The translations under genes and the position numbers were made by a program. Positions 12,435 through 26,300 of a stretch of DNA of 64,000 nt are shown here, piece after piece. Numbering within the stretch: the stretch's first letter is position 1; each line of letters begins with the position of its first letter. The notes beneath the pieces were generated by a model. That model saw only the letters and a program-made list of their open reading frames with translations. It ran no database searches and was not told the origin of the DNA. The DNA lies in contig NW_027266264.1 in the NCBI RefSeq assembly GCF_022045235.1, forward strand, positions 73,656,001 through 73,720,000, read 5' to 3'. The stretch comes from Haliotis cracherodii (Eukaryota).

Positions 12435-15400
12435 ATGCAGACAACAGGAGTAAGGGAGCAGCAACATCTCAGTGTGCAGTTGGAAGTAGCTCCAGGTGAG
12501 CATCTTAAGGTGGTTTATCAGTCAGAGATTTATCTAAGTGTTGTTCCAGATAGTTTTTCTGTAAAATTATCCAGTTATGAATTCCAAATTTCCCAATTAA
12601 TCTTCTCCTAATGTTTAAGCTTTGGAAAGATGATCGACTAATATCATTTCACTGCTCACATTCCAATATTGTGAAAAGGCATTGATGCTTACTTTTGTGT
12701 CATTGGATTGAATGCAGTGTTATGATACCTCAAACTTTCAAACCACAGAAATTTTGGGCAGATGATGCATTTTTCCATTGTTCCTACCACAGGCACTCTG
12801 TTTAAGATCCTAGGTAAGTCCATTTCAGCACATATGGTCCCATGCACAACACACAGCTGGCCCAGTATAACCAGTGCTATCACTGGATACAGGTGTCTTG
12901 GGGCCAGTGGAGTTTTGTTCTTTTTCATTCAAGCATTTCCTTTGCAAAAGGCTAATTTGGATCAGGTAGTTAGGCTAGACAACCTGCATGATTGCATATC
13001 ATCATACCCAGATTGTTTGTCTGGCCTAGATTGGATTACTTACAGGCTGCTGAGATACAGTTGGAATATGTATGCCTGGAATATTGCAGACTGTGGACAT
13101 GGTGGTGTAAAATAAAAAAAATTAAAAAAAATCCTATATCATCTCTATTATTGCAAGCACTGGTCATGACTGTTTAGTGTGTGGAAGAACAGCGTAACAT
13201 TTGTAATAATGGTAATGGCATTCTGTTCCAAAGTATGCAAACTTTTCTTTAACTGAGATTAAACACATGTAAATTGAGTATCCAGTTATTCAGCAGACTT
13301 GTTATATTTGTTGCTTATGGTCTGATGTCATCTTACAGATAGAGCTGACAGGGAAGCTGTTTTCCCAGTTGACTACTTCACAGAGACAGTAGTAACATCT
13401 GACGACTCAACAGTTATTCCAGTAGTTCATGACACGATTGTATCCACTGAAGACCCTTCTGTTGCCATAGCAATAGAGTCCAATGAATCAATGGTTTCAC
13501 CAGATCCTGGTGTTGTGACCTCCGTGAGCCCTGCATCTGTATCAACTGGGGCTGTTGACAAGTATGTGTCGACAGCTGCCTTGCCATCCTCGGATGCATT
13601 GTCTGGTGGTGCTGATGCAGTAGAGGGCAAGGTTGTCGAGGTCAAGGTCATCCCGGTTGAGATGCTATATGATGGAACTCTATGGTCGCAGTTTGATTTC
13701 ACCAAATCCGGGTATGAATTTGTACAGTTAGTTTTGTAACATGACCATCATAAACTATTGCTTATTATCAATGTTTTGTTGAAGTATGACCATATGAACA
13801 CTCAAGACATTTCTCATCAATTTTTATGATTTCACCCATGAAGATCTGGGGTAGAATATGTCTTCAGCAACCCATACTTGCTGTAAAAGGCAACTATGCC
13901 TGTTGTAAGAGGCGGGATTGGGTGGTGAGGCTCGCTGACTTGGTTGAAGCATGTCATCGTATTCTAATTGAGTGGTTCGATGCTCATGATATCAATCGCT
14001 GGATTGTCTGGTCCAGACTCGATTATTTACAGACCGCCGTCATATAGCTGGAATATTGCGTCATATAACTGGAATATTGCTGAGTGATGATCACATGTCT
14101 GTCATGTCCATCTGTAGGGCTGAGTATTGGCAATAAACAGTGTATTGCAATATATTGCATGATCACACCTGTGATAATGTTTGTAGAGATGAGGAGATGT
14201 TTGTGAGCGAGAGCGAGGTGTCCCCACTAACTGTGTCAGATGGAGTGTCCGACGTGGCTCGACAAGTGGAGGTGACCACAAAGTCGGACAGCATGTGTCT
14301 GTCCATCAGGGACATCACCAAGAGGGAGAAAGATCGGATCAAGAAGAGGGAACTCAGGGCTAATCCTGTGTTCAGGTAACCATGTTCTCTGTGCAAGAGC
14401 ACGGCTTTAACCAGGGTAACAATCCACAATAGTATTTTGGTACTTCATTCAAGGAACAACCTTTTGTGTATAGACCTCTGGCCTGTTTTTATGCACAATG
14501 GAATACTGATAGAATAAAATTTGGAATAAAGCTGATAGCCTTGATATATTGCTCCAAGTGATACTTCAAATTCCAAAATAGAAGAAGACACCAGTTAATG
14601 ACCAGACTGATATCTGTGCAAAATTTGGCCCAGAAATATGAACGGTCTTGGAATTATGCTCTGGAAGCAAGACGTGACGGACAGGTAACACCCATTCCTA
14701 TATCCCTCTCCCACTTTGTGACAGGTGCATGATCAGTGATTTAAAGTTTTAATAAAATGTGTACCCACTATCACTGTCTATCTAAGACTCTCAAGACAAC
14801 ATTGCGCCTGGCTCTAGCATCGATGGAAGGGCCGTGGATGGGGGATCATTCTCATATTAAACTAACGCTTCATTCATTATTATCCCCTGCCATGAGGTGG
14901 GGCAGCGGATATAGGAACAGAATTTGTCCATCTGACCAAATTTTCTCAAAAACTATTTCAGTCAGAGAAATGAAGTTTTACACACTGATGTTACTGGTCA
15001 TGATCTCAAATGAGTTAAAAAGATTGGTGTCATAAATTCATGAAATATCAAAGTTATGGCCCTTGATCCATAGTATGTGCATTGGGGACAACTTTTCTCA
15101 GAAACTACTGATCCAGACTGCGTTATATTTTCCAGAGAAAGGACCTTTTATGTGTATTAATTTCACATTCAATCATTTTTTCTGATGACACAAAGCAGCC
15201 CAAATCACTATCTCTTCTTAAGGCTTTATCAGACTCCTTTTTATAGTTTATATATTCACTTCTATATGAACAAACTAAATTCTAATGTGCCCCATGGTGG
15301 GGGCTGTGATAACGCTGTTTTCTTGTTCTTTATGCCGAATCTTTGAAGAAACAAATTGTTTATAAAGTAAATTGGATGAGAAAAAATGACCAGAAGTAAA

Positions 15401-16516
15401 ATCCCATATGGCTACAACCAAAGGAGATACCCGGAAACAACTGATATAGTTCGAAATATGAAGTATGGGAGCATTTCTACTTGTAGGTTTAGAGGAGTTG
15501 AAGACATGTATCCCCCCAAAATTAGAATGCTCTCTGAAAATCTGGAATCCAATATTGCCACAGCATGAAGTTCATTTTGACATGAAAACATCTCATCAAA
15601 ACTCAATGCAAATTTTCAATATGTTCTAAAAAGGACCAAACAAGATATGAATTTAAAAGTAAAATGTAAGAGAAAAAAATGTCAGAAGTAAAATCTAATG
15701 TGTACATTTTATTAGCTAAAAAAAAATAAACACATCACCATTACATCGCATAGCAGCCAACTGTATTCACGGGTGATGGAATGTATATACATACACCATT
15801 GCATGATCAAGTTAAGTAATACATGTCCTGCATTGAAGATTAACATGGAACAATTCCTGTTTCTAAGTCATGTTCCTAAGTCATGTTCCTAAATCATGTA
15901 TAATGTGTGAAACATGATGTATCACTCTTAACTAAAGTGTATTGTGTATTGTATTATTGACTTTAATATTGTGATGCATTAATGAATCATTTCAGTCTTA
16001 TATTGAGAGGGGCGGTCGGGTAGCCTAGTGGTTAAAGTGTTCGCTCGTCCCGCCAAAGACCCGGGTTCGATTCCCGACATGGGTACAATGTGTGAAGCCC
16101 ATTTCTGGTGTCCCCCGCCGTGATATTGCTGGAATATTGCTAAAAGCGGTGTAAAACCATACTCACTCACTTATATTCAGACAATAAAATGTCAGGAAAT
16201 TTGATAAAGATTGTTTCTGCTATTCAGGGAGAAAGAAAAAGTGAAAGCCAAGGAACGAATGCAGAACCGTAGACAAGATCCAATATACCGTGAACAGGAA
16301 CGTCAGAGGGATAGAGAAAGGCGACAGTTGGCCAGACGGAGAAACCTGCCCGTCAGAGAGAGAGAACGTGAGAGGGACAAAGAATATAAGAAAAACTTTC
16401 GTTATGGACACAGAATTCAGAAATCAGATGAAACATCATCAGACACTGAAAAAACATTGGATTCTCTCCCTTGTCATGTTTATATGAACACTCAGTATAC
16501 AAGTGTACCAAGCTGA
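12435..16516 (+). CDS. Uncharacterised 303-aa protein: acidic Ser/Thr/Val-rich N-terminal region plus C-terminal 21-22-aa basic/charged helical repeats
   Basis: Exons 12435-12495 (MQTTGVREQQHLSVQLEVAP), 13339-13711, 14187-14375, 16228-16516. GT-AG introns with phases 1/2/2 give an open 912-nt frame. The start codon is inferred; a non-coding upstream exon may lie near 9240-9390. Confidence 0.8.
13833..14086 (+). mobile_element. SINE-like family B
   Basis: Same consensus. Confidence 0.8.
16009..16169 (+). mobile_element. tRNA-derived SINE family A
   Basis: Same consensus; TSD CTTATATT(G/C)AGA. Confidence 0.85.
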
Positions 16517-17376
16517 TACAGGGACAGAGATTAGTGTGTGTGTGTGCTAGCATCCCAGTGCTCCAGCTAGACACAGCTTTACAGCTGTACAAGAGATCTC
16601 ACTTGCTTCAGCTGTTCCAACCATTTGATGGTCAGGTCTTTAGCCGTTATGCAATGCTGTGGTTCTATGGGTTTTTTTCTCCAATTTGATGCCCAGGTCC
16701 TACACAGTGCATGCAAACTTGACAGCAACTTCAGTTTGGATGCCCCATCTTGAAAAGAGCTTCACTGTTATGATGCCTTGATGAGTTTAGCTGATAAATA
16801 GAAGACTAGGTTTGAAAGAATTGTCTTTAAAATTGTCAATTTCATTAAATCTTTATATTTATTTGGATGCAACCTGGGCCAATAGAAGACCTTAGATTTA
16901 GTGTTTGAATTTCTGTGTGGATCTTGTGTTTACATGCCACTTCATGTAAGGTTTTGCAACAACAAGCAGATTCTTCATTATGTACTCTTTTTAACTTCGT
17001 CCATCGTCATTCCATCAAACTGGAAATCTCTTCTTCTCCAAATCTATTGAACAAATTTCATTTGCAACAGCTCATTTCAGTGAGAGGAAATAGTGGCATA
17101 CACAGCAACCTCTCAGAAACACCTGGACATACATATCTTGTTTCAGTTATTGCTACAGTGGAATTTCATTATGGCTTGACAATTGAATGTATTGCAGTAG
17201 GGTTGGCGAATTGACACACAAAACGTATAACACGGACAGCTGTATTGTGATACATATTGCAAGGCGGACTGCAAAGAGCTTCTTTTTATGGTACATGTTG
17301 AAATTTGCCTTTATGTCATAGTACGGAATTCCCTATTGATCATGTTGATAACAAGAGCATATTAGAATCTATTGCG

Positions 17377-17663
17377 GGGGGCGGGGGGCACGGGTGGCCC
17401 AGTTGTCTAAGGCGCCGCGATTCAATGTGCAGAGTTGCGTCCCTTGGGCACGCCAGAAACCTATGATTGTGGGTTCGAATTCCGGTTCGCCCCAATTATG
17501 TTTCTAGGTTTGTCAGCACCATACCCGTGCTCATGGGTTTCACCGAAGTTGTAAACGTATGAGACCTGCATCACTTCGGGCTTTCCTCCCACATTAAGCT
17601 GACACGCCGTGATATAACTGGAATACTGTAAAAAGTGGCATTAAACCCAACTCACTCACTCAC
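17377..17663 (+). mobile_element. tRNA-derived SINE family E
   Basis: TGGCCCAGTTGTCTAAGG and GGTTCGAATTCC boxes, TTTCCTCCCACATTAAGCTGACACGCC core, (ACTC)n tail, ~14-bp TSD TAGAAT.T.TTGCG. Partial relatives at 42393-42627 (-), 58040-58262 (+) and 60920-60985 (-). Confidence 0.8.
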
Positions 17664-18655
17664 TAGAATATTTTGCGTAGTTCAAATAATGTGATGAGAC
17701 GATCTTGTCTTGGTGTCATTTTTTTAGGCCTGCCACGCCCAGGTCTCATTGCAACCCACCTGTTTGATGGTGCTTGTCCCACTGTCAAGAAATTACACTT
17801 TTCAATTTGTCAAACATTTTCGGGCAACTTTGGATATTGATGTCCCTCTCCAACCCCAACCCCAACCCCCTACCCCACACATCTATCGTACCCACGAATC
17901 GCCATTTTGTCTTTGTTTGTAGAGATACTGTCTCGGGGGCATTTTAAAGCATGTGCTTAGCTCAGTTACATTAGTAATTGTGAGTTCCCTCATAGGTGTA
18001 CACACTTTGACATTTGTGTGCATGTGCATCGCGTTCATGCATGATGAATTTCATTATGATTGGATGTTGCATTCAGATGCAATGCTATTGTAAATGTACA
18101 CCTCAACCTTAGCTACATTCAAATCATTTGTTGCCTTATTTTTGTTGGTAGTATATTGTCATCCTCTGGTCTCTAGGGTAGGACTGTTTGTTTGTTGTTT
18201 AACGCCACACTCAGGAATATTCCAACTTCTGTTAACAATGTATGATGACATTCTATTAGCCAAGTCACTTTGCTTGAGCTTTGATCCATTAAATTGCTTC
18301 TTAACCACATATTGTGGACCTATTCTTACCAGGAATCTCCACAGGGTGTATTTTGGAAATGGTCTGTTGTATGTTAAGGTATTACATGAGGTAAATCACA
18401 AACCTTAAGGTGTCCGGAAACACAAGTCAGGGTAGTAAATGTTTGCCAGGAAGGCAGTTTTCAGTACCTATAAATTGTGTAGGCAATGTCTCTAATTGCT
18501 TGCCACGCCAGCTAATTTAGATGCAGACTGGCCTCACAAAGAGTTACTATTTATTTTCAAATTGTTAATGAACATATATTCATGATACTAAATGGCATAA
18601 GCACTGCAGCAAGCTATTCTTGCTATTTCTGTCTGTAATATTTACAGTGTTGAGA

Positions 18656-19008
18656 TTAAGGCTTAAAAAAATAAAAGAATTGATTCTCAGGCAACTTTTT
18701 AAAATAAAGTGTAGGCAGGCGGTGGTGGTTTTTTTTTGGCTTGTTCAAACTAGTATGTAACCAAATAAACAGTTTTGTACCTTAAACCTTGGAAAGGGCC
18801 TCTGGACATATACAATCATACAAACTCATATTGCCGCCATGACCATGACACAAGATGTGTAATAAAGCATTGCGCTATAAAATGGATCTAATTTTTTTTT
18901 AAGTATAAGATTTTATACCTTTTGAAAATGGAAATAAAACAAAATGTGTGGCTGACTTTTTGATAATGCGGGCGGTGCCTGAGAACCAAGATTATTTTTT
19001 TACCCTAA
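18656..19008. mobile_element. Degenerate MITE-like element
   Basis: Imperfect inverted ends TTAAGGCTTAAAAAAAT..TTCTCAGGCA and TGCCTGAGAA..ATTTTTTTTACCCTAA. Confidence 0.45.
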
Positions 19009-20347
19009 TCTATAGCTTACTTGAACTTGACTGGGTTTTTTTTATTAGCATCCAACAGTGTCAGTAAGATAAAAGTGAGACCCCTCAGGTAGTGCTTTGC
19101 CCACACTGTTCAAGTACAAGTCTATTTGTTTTTTGCCATTCATGTTTGTGTGATCAACGTGTTTTACGTCAGTGGTTATTATCTTTGGCTTTTGCTATCA
19201 GTTAGAGAGTACATACATTGTACTGGATACAGAGAATGAATTATCTCCCTGTGTTTATCATATGCAAATATTTGTTATTTCATCGTCACCAAGAATGAAA
19301 ATGTGTCATTGTGAAAGGAATAAAACTTATTCTCGGATCAAGTGTTGAGTCATCAAGAGCTAATCAGCAGTCTGTGTCAATCAAAAACTTTTGAATCTAC
19401 TGGCTCGGACACTCATGTTCAGTAGACTTTGGTTCAGATATATGGTCTATTATTAGCTGAGCTTAATAGACCAAACATCATTTTGCTCGACTCAGACTCT
19501 GGACTAGTGGTTAAACATAACAGTCTAAATCAGTAAAATAATAAAGTCCAATATGTGGAAGCCAATGTTAACACAACAGATGATAATGGTATTAATAAAC
19601 TTTATTCAGTGATGTTTTGATTTAACCAATGATATGACAAATTGTCCATTAAAAAAATTTGAAATGACCAAGTGACAATTTTACACGCAGATGTTGTAAC
19701 ACAATTCAATCATTGAGTTAAGAATTGATTTCACTCTGAAAAATGAAAAAAACCCTGTGATAGTGACATGTCAGTAACATGCACTCGGAGTGAAGCAAAA
19801 CATTTGACTGACAAATATTCCCTGTCTGAAAAACAAGCACAAACTCATTTACATAATCAGGAGATATCCGTCTTGATACCAAGAATTGTAATGCTGAAAA
19901 TAATGCAGGATGGAACATGGAAACTGCCATCTGAACAAAAAAGTTTCAAAAGTGACAGAAAACATTAACAACTTGGTCCACAAATACTAAGGTCACCATG
20001 TTCTGTATACGTCATTTTGTACACGAAATCAAAAAGGTTAATCATCTCGAATAAAACCAAATACCTTTCTGGAAATGCAAGATGAAAGTCAGAAGAATAT
20101 ATTTATTTACAATGACATATTCATAGTTCTCGGGACATTTCCCATCACGTTCAACACACTATCACAGCTGTATCAACAGTACCGACAAGCAATAAATATG
20201 TTCATATTTACAAATGTTGGTACTTGGTGTTGAATCCTCCCTTCATGTACACTGGAGACACCATACACTTATTGCTATATATACCATATAGATTCTCAGA
20301 CTTAAATATGTACACTTGGATGCAGATAAAATGTTTTGTTTGGGATA

Positions 20348-23300
20348 TTATTTCTTTGGGGCGATGATTCCTTCCAGTTGAGTCTGAAAAATAAATGGAT
20401 ATTTGGTAAATGTGTTGACACTGTAATCAGCATAGATACGTTATTAATCCAAATGGGAAATGAGTTCATTATCTGAAATTGTTCATGCACTGACTTGAAT
20501 AACTCACTCATGACATGGCAGTAAATAGAGACTAACTAACCAGAATCTAGGATTGATATCATCATTGATTAATTGTTTGAATCAGTTGGTAAAGCCTAAT
20601 CAATGGTCTGGAAATAACTGTTTGATTATATTATGATTATTTTCTGAGAATTTCCCGTCCAATTACTGTTGAAAATGACTGATGTGTTGCCTTTCGACTT
20701 TGAATGTACATATCATTGTTAAATTTAATGAACATGACCAATTATGCATTTTGAATAAGAGGTTTCCAATCACAAATAATGATTGCTCTTTGCTGAAGCA
20801 GTTGAAACAATCATTAGTCAATGATTAATCTGGGCAGTCAAAATAGAACTATTTATATACCTTACAAAAAAACAAAAACTTCTCAATAATTGAAAATTGA
20901 AAATAATTTCTTTTATATGTGAACTACTTTTCTGTTGTAGTTTATCAAACATGACTGTCATGTTTGTGATAGTTGTAAACAAAATGTTCCTCATCAGAAA
21001 GATGCAATACCCACTGCACATAATCAGTAAGTTGACCTTGTCTTTTGATGTCTATCACCAAACTGAGCTAGTGACCAGCTTCTTTAATTTTTAAGTTTAA
21101 TAATGATATTATCAACAGGTTTCTGAAAGCATGTTGCTGTTCACTGTACATGCTGTAGATCTGAAGGAATAATTAATGTCTTCAGAGTCATAGAAACATA
21201 TGAATTTACAGCAATAATTGAAATTATACAGATATTCTTTCAATTCATATACTGAACATATACTGAAAATATAAATAATACATCAATTACCTTTATAAAA
21301 ATTCAATAAGATTTTGGAACGAAAATTGTTGAACAAGCTATCTTCAGGCTGGTTTCTCCTGTACTGACAAGAAACAACAGCACCAGACAACACTGCCATT
21401 AATATTTGATCTCATCTTCCAACACCCTACTGATTAGCCTTACAGAAGAAATAATTGATGACACATCACGAAAGCTCTCTCTTTGCAGGGAAGGAAATCA
21501 ATTTAGAATGAGAGATTGTGTTTAGGAAGAGACTTGTGCACACATAAAATAAAAGGGGGGTTAGTTATCAATACATTATAGGGTGGTATTTCTTAGGATT
21601 ATATGTCCATATTTTCCTCAAAGATGTTATCAGGAAGGTAGTATCTGATAAATACCAAATCGGTATGTTTCGTCATCCTTTTGACTAATCAACTGTGATT
21701 TGACATTTGAATTATTAGCTGGTAAGGGATCAACAATTTTAATATTCTTAGGGGAGGGTGGAGAATATTTTCAGACATGTGTTTAACATGGCCTGTCAGT
21801 GATAAAAACTATCATTTTTAGTCCACTAATCCTTATAATGATAACATATAGCAAACCCCTTACAAAGGGCAAATATTTTCTAGTCCTTATGATATGTTAA
21901 CTATTGGGCAGTTTGGCAAGGACTACAAGACTAGTGCCAATTTCTAATGCTGCCTGTCTGTGCTTAACAAGGTGCCTATGGTATACACACCTTCAGCTGC
22001 TGGTTTGTCCTCTTGAGGAACTGGATCTCCTCGGTGTGCTTCTTCTCCTCCACCTGCCTCTGCTCAGCTGCTCGCTTCTCAATCTGCTCACACTTGGCCT
22101 TCAGCTCATTAACGTTGCGCTCAAGGTCACGTTTCTCCTGCTCTAGATCTGTGATCTGAACATAGAGGCACCTTCTGATTACCACATCAAGGCACAGTAT
22201 GGTCAGCATCATACTCACCTTACACATACCAGTAACCAGAGCTGCTAAACTACTCAGTACATCTGCAAAGCATATCTGTCTTGAAAACGATAAATGGTAG
22301 TCATATATGTACGATTGAAGGGTGCCTTTGTCCACAGAGAAGACTTGGTAACCTATTCATAAGATATGCACCAGTGTTTGTATTTTTAGTTTGGTACACA
22401 TGTATGATGAAATGACATTCTGAAAATATAGTGTTCAGTGTTGTCTAAATTGAAATTATTATATTTTGAATGTACTCCATGATGATTTTTAGATGAAGGA
22501 TATAAAATATGTTTTCAGCTGCTTTACAGAAAAAAACATCTCAGTCCTACAATAGATATAACCGGACTGCCATCATATAGCTTGAATATTGCTGAGGATG
22601 GCATTAAACAACAGACAAATGAACAAGTTATGACTGTATGTGTAATTTCCTAATCTGCTTTTGTGTAGTATCACATACTGTTTTTCAGTCATAGCAAATT
22701 ACACATTTATTATTTACAAAACATGGTGGAGAGATAATTTTATGAACTACAAACTGATTATTAATTCGATTGATGTGTAGATGCTGATGAAATGATTTTT
22801 ATGAAACATATCAGTTAACCATGTGATATTCTTATCAATATTTCATCTGTAATATTTGGTGAAAAACTCAAAAAATAACCATGCAAGCACAATCTAAATC
22901 TACATACAAAATGGAGTGAAGGGGTATACATTTACATTCCCACTTGCAAACATGCCGTGAAACGATGCTAGGTGAAGTCTTCAATACCACTTGCATTGTG
23001 AAGCACCATCTTAAGTTCCATTTCACTATCAAAACTTACTTAAACTTAAAATATATTTCCATGCACTTTAACAAATCTATTGATAAATGAAACAAATCCT
23101 AGTACTGAAGTCACATCAAACGAACGTTTGTGACAGTCAGAAGCAGATACTCCTTTTTGCAACTTGCGGCTTTATGTAACTAATGCATTCATAATAAATA
23201 CACTGGAACGTGTCACAAACACGATGAAGCCTCAGATACTTGATTTGCCTACCACACACCCATATCAAAGACAGCCAATGTGAGCTAGTTACTGATTGGT

Positions 23301-26300
23301 TTATATTGGCAGTAAAACCTGTGTGTCCAAAATGTCTAAAAAACAAATTTGCATTCATTTCCCAAGACTTCAAATGGCACATGCATTTCTTGAAGGTCTG
23401 TCATTCACCATTCCATACTGTAGTTCATTATCAGTGATAATGAGAGCTTACCTCATCCTCAGAGTCAGCCTATTTGATATATAATATTCAATTTAATTTA
23501 AAGATCTGTGCAAACATGCATGTTTTCATTTCAACAATAAATTCTGGTTATGATTTTAATAGGAATTATTGAAAAAAACAATTATGAATATTTTCAACCA
23601 AAATTTTTGAAATAATTTTAGTCAATAAATCAATATTAATTTTGATAGCCCAAATCCTGAAATGAATTTACAAGATATGGTCTCTAACAAAAAGCAGTAA
23701 ATATACAGGTGTGTCAGAAGGAGAAATATGTGAACGATTGATGTGAATGTTAATTCACAGTTTGAGGTTGTGGTTTGTACATGAGTTAGTAAAGCATGCA
23801 TATGACAAGGATGCATTCAAACTTGTACAATATGAAGATGTATGTGTAAAGTGTCATTATTAAAAGAAGGCCATGAACCTTTAAAGAACATCATGCTACC
23901 ATTACCACATGGGACTGCAAATATTGGAAGTCCATATTAAAAATATATTACAATTTTACAAAATATGCTTCAAGAAGATATTTGCATCATGTATCACCAT
24001 TTGCATGCATGGGACATTTTAGCCGTATTTCACTTGACAGTATATACAATATATAACACACAACAAAAGCAACAACATTTAAAACTTACGAACAATGTGA
24101 TTATTTAAACCAATGTTGGAATTTGTTTACTCTATCCCCACTTGACTACGGGTAACTTGAACATAATGGATACCGACTGCTATAAAATATTTACGGAAAT
24201 AGCATAGGACCTACAAAACAAACCTACATAAAAATTGATCAAACACATTATATACACCAATGTGCCCAAGACGGTAAGCAGCACAAAAATGCACAACAAT
24301 TGTGACTTTACTTCAAATCTTCAATTGTAAAACCATGCATGTTCTAAACACACTGCGTATTTCCAAACAGTGAAATTAACCGTGGTCTTAGAACTGTTAC
24401 AATCTCTCAAACAAGACTGTGTATCTCTGTTTGAAAATACAGCTAGATTTATGATGTGTTTAAGAAACATGCTGGACTGTGATTCCAAATATGGTGTACT
24501 GCTCAAAATTGCTTAAGTGCTTCATATATAAAGTGTTCACTCAATTTTAGGTTTTAAAAGGTATATGAAATATGCGAGGAGATGAAGGCGCTGGACCTCA
24601 GGGGTCAATGATAAGCAATTAGCCATCACAAAGGCTTGTATAGTTCACAATTTAATGGTAATAATGTTAATGTTTTCATTACATCATAGATGTTGTTATA
24701 TGGTAATATTAGTACAAAATCATTAAAATATTATTTCTAATTTACTACCCCCAAATATAAAAGTGTTTCATTAAAGGTTAGCTACCCTTTTTTTTAGATG
24801 AATGGAAACTATGTTGTATATATTTGATATAGGTAATCTCTCATAATACATTTTATGCAAGACTCAATTTACAAATTAGCCAATATTCTAATGACTTATT
24901 TTAAAATATTAGCCTATGTATTAATAGCTTTATGGTATAATGTTTAGTTGCATATATCAAATTGGAGAATGATCACTACCAGTTCTTTTAAAGTTTCTCG
25001 ATAATTCCTTACCTTTTTCTCCATGTCAGCTTTGCCCTGTTCAGCCTGCAGTGCCTTGCGCATGCCGAACGCTACACTACTCTCATACAGTGTCTGATAT
25101 GCAGCAATGGTCATGCGGATCTCATCTCTCACACGCAGTAACAGTAGGCCACGCTCAGCACAGTTGATGGTTACTTGACGAATCAATTCATCTGGGAAAG
25201 AATAACAAGCTAATGTCACAGCAACTTTCAATGAGACATTGGATAACTGTTTAGTGACTCTAGCAGTTTGAGAAACAGGAAAAACAAATCAGAAAGGCTT
25301 ACTGGGCAATTGAAACTTGATTAAAATTTAGTTGCCTGAATTCAATCATTCTAAAATCTCTTGGGCAATATTGTATAATTCTGGTTTCAGTGCAGTCTTA
25401 CTAACCAAGCACAGAAAAATGGATGTCCCATGTTATTAATTCTCTCCTTTTGCTTTGACACTATATCAGTGTAATATATCTAAAAATGTAGATAGCTGGA
25501 TGTAAATATCACTGTACTTACGCAATGGTAGTTTTGAACTCTTGAGAGATATAATTGTTTAACTAGGCCTACCAAAACACTGTGAGTAGAGCTCCCTCCG
25601 GACCGGACAGATGCCAGTCTCCCGGGCTTGTCTTTGCTGAAGCCGTCTGTCCAGTTCTTCCTGCAAGTTGACCACATCCAGGCGAGTGGCTGGAGTGCTG
25701 GACACTTGTTGAACCCACAGCTGACCACTCTCTGTCCATTCCCTAATTGAAAACATGATACATTTTTAACATATTCTGAATGAGATTACCTGTGAAAATA
25801 CATGCAAGCTACACTATCCTAAAGTTAAAAACTGTCATATCTAACAGTATGACAATTAATAGAAAAGGCTGAATATTTTGATGCACTTGTCAGCTGTCAA
25901 GATTCGAGAATTTGCAGAATTATTTTTACCCCTGATTTTGCCAGTGATTGACTTCAAAATTTAAGAAAAAAATCAAAATATTTGTTTGAAAATCAAATCA
26001 AACACCATGGTCATCTTATTTAAACTTTTGGCAAAGCAAATATTAGTAAACAAATCGTATATTCACATATAAATGGTAGAAAATAATTAGATAATTAGTT
26101 GGCACTGCTTATGAGGTAAGATGAATAAGGTTTGATGCCGCCCTGAACAGTATTTCAGTTATATCACGACTTGTTCGCTTCTTGTGGGAGAAAAACCCTG
26201 AAGTGAACCAGGCCTTAGATGTTTGCCAAAGGATATGGTGCTGACAAACCAAGAATCAAAATATCCTTAGCAGCATATGTGGTGCCTAAGATACCTGGGC

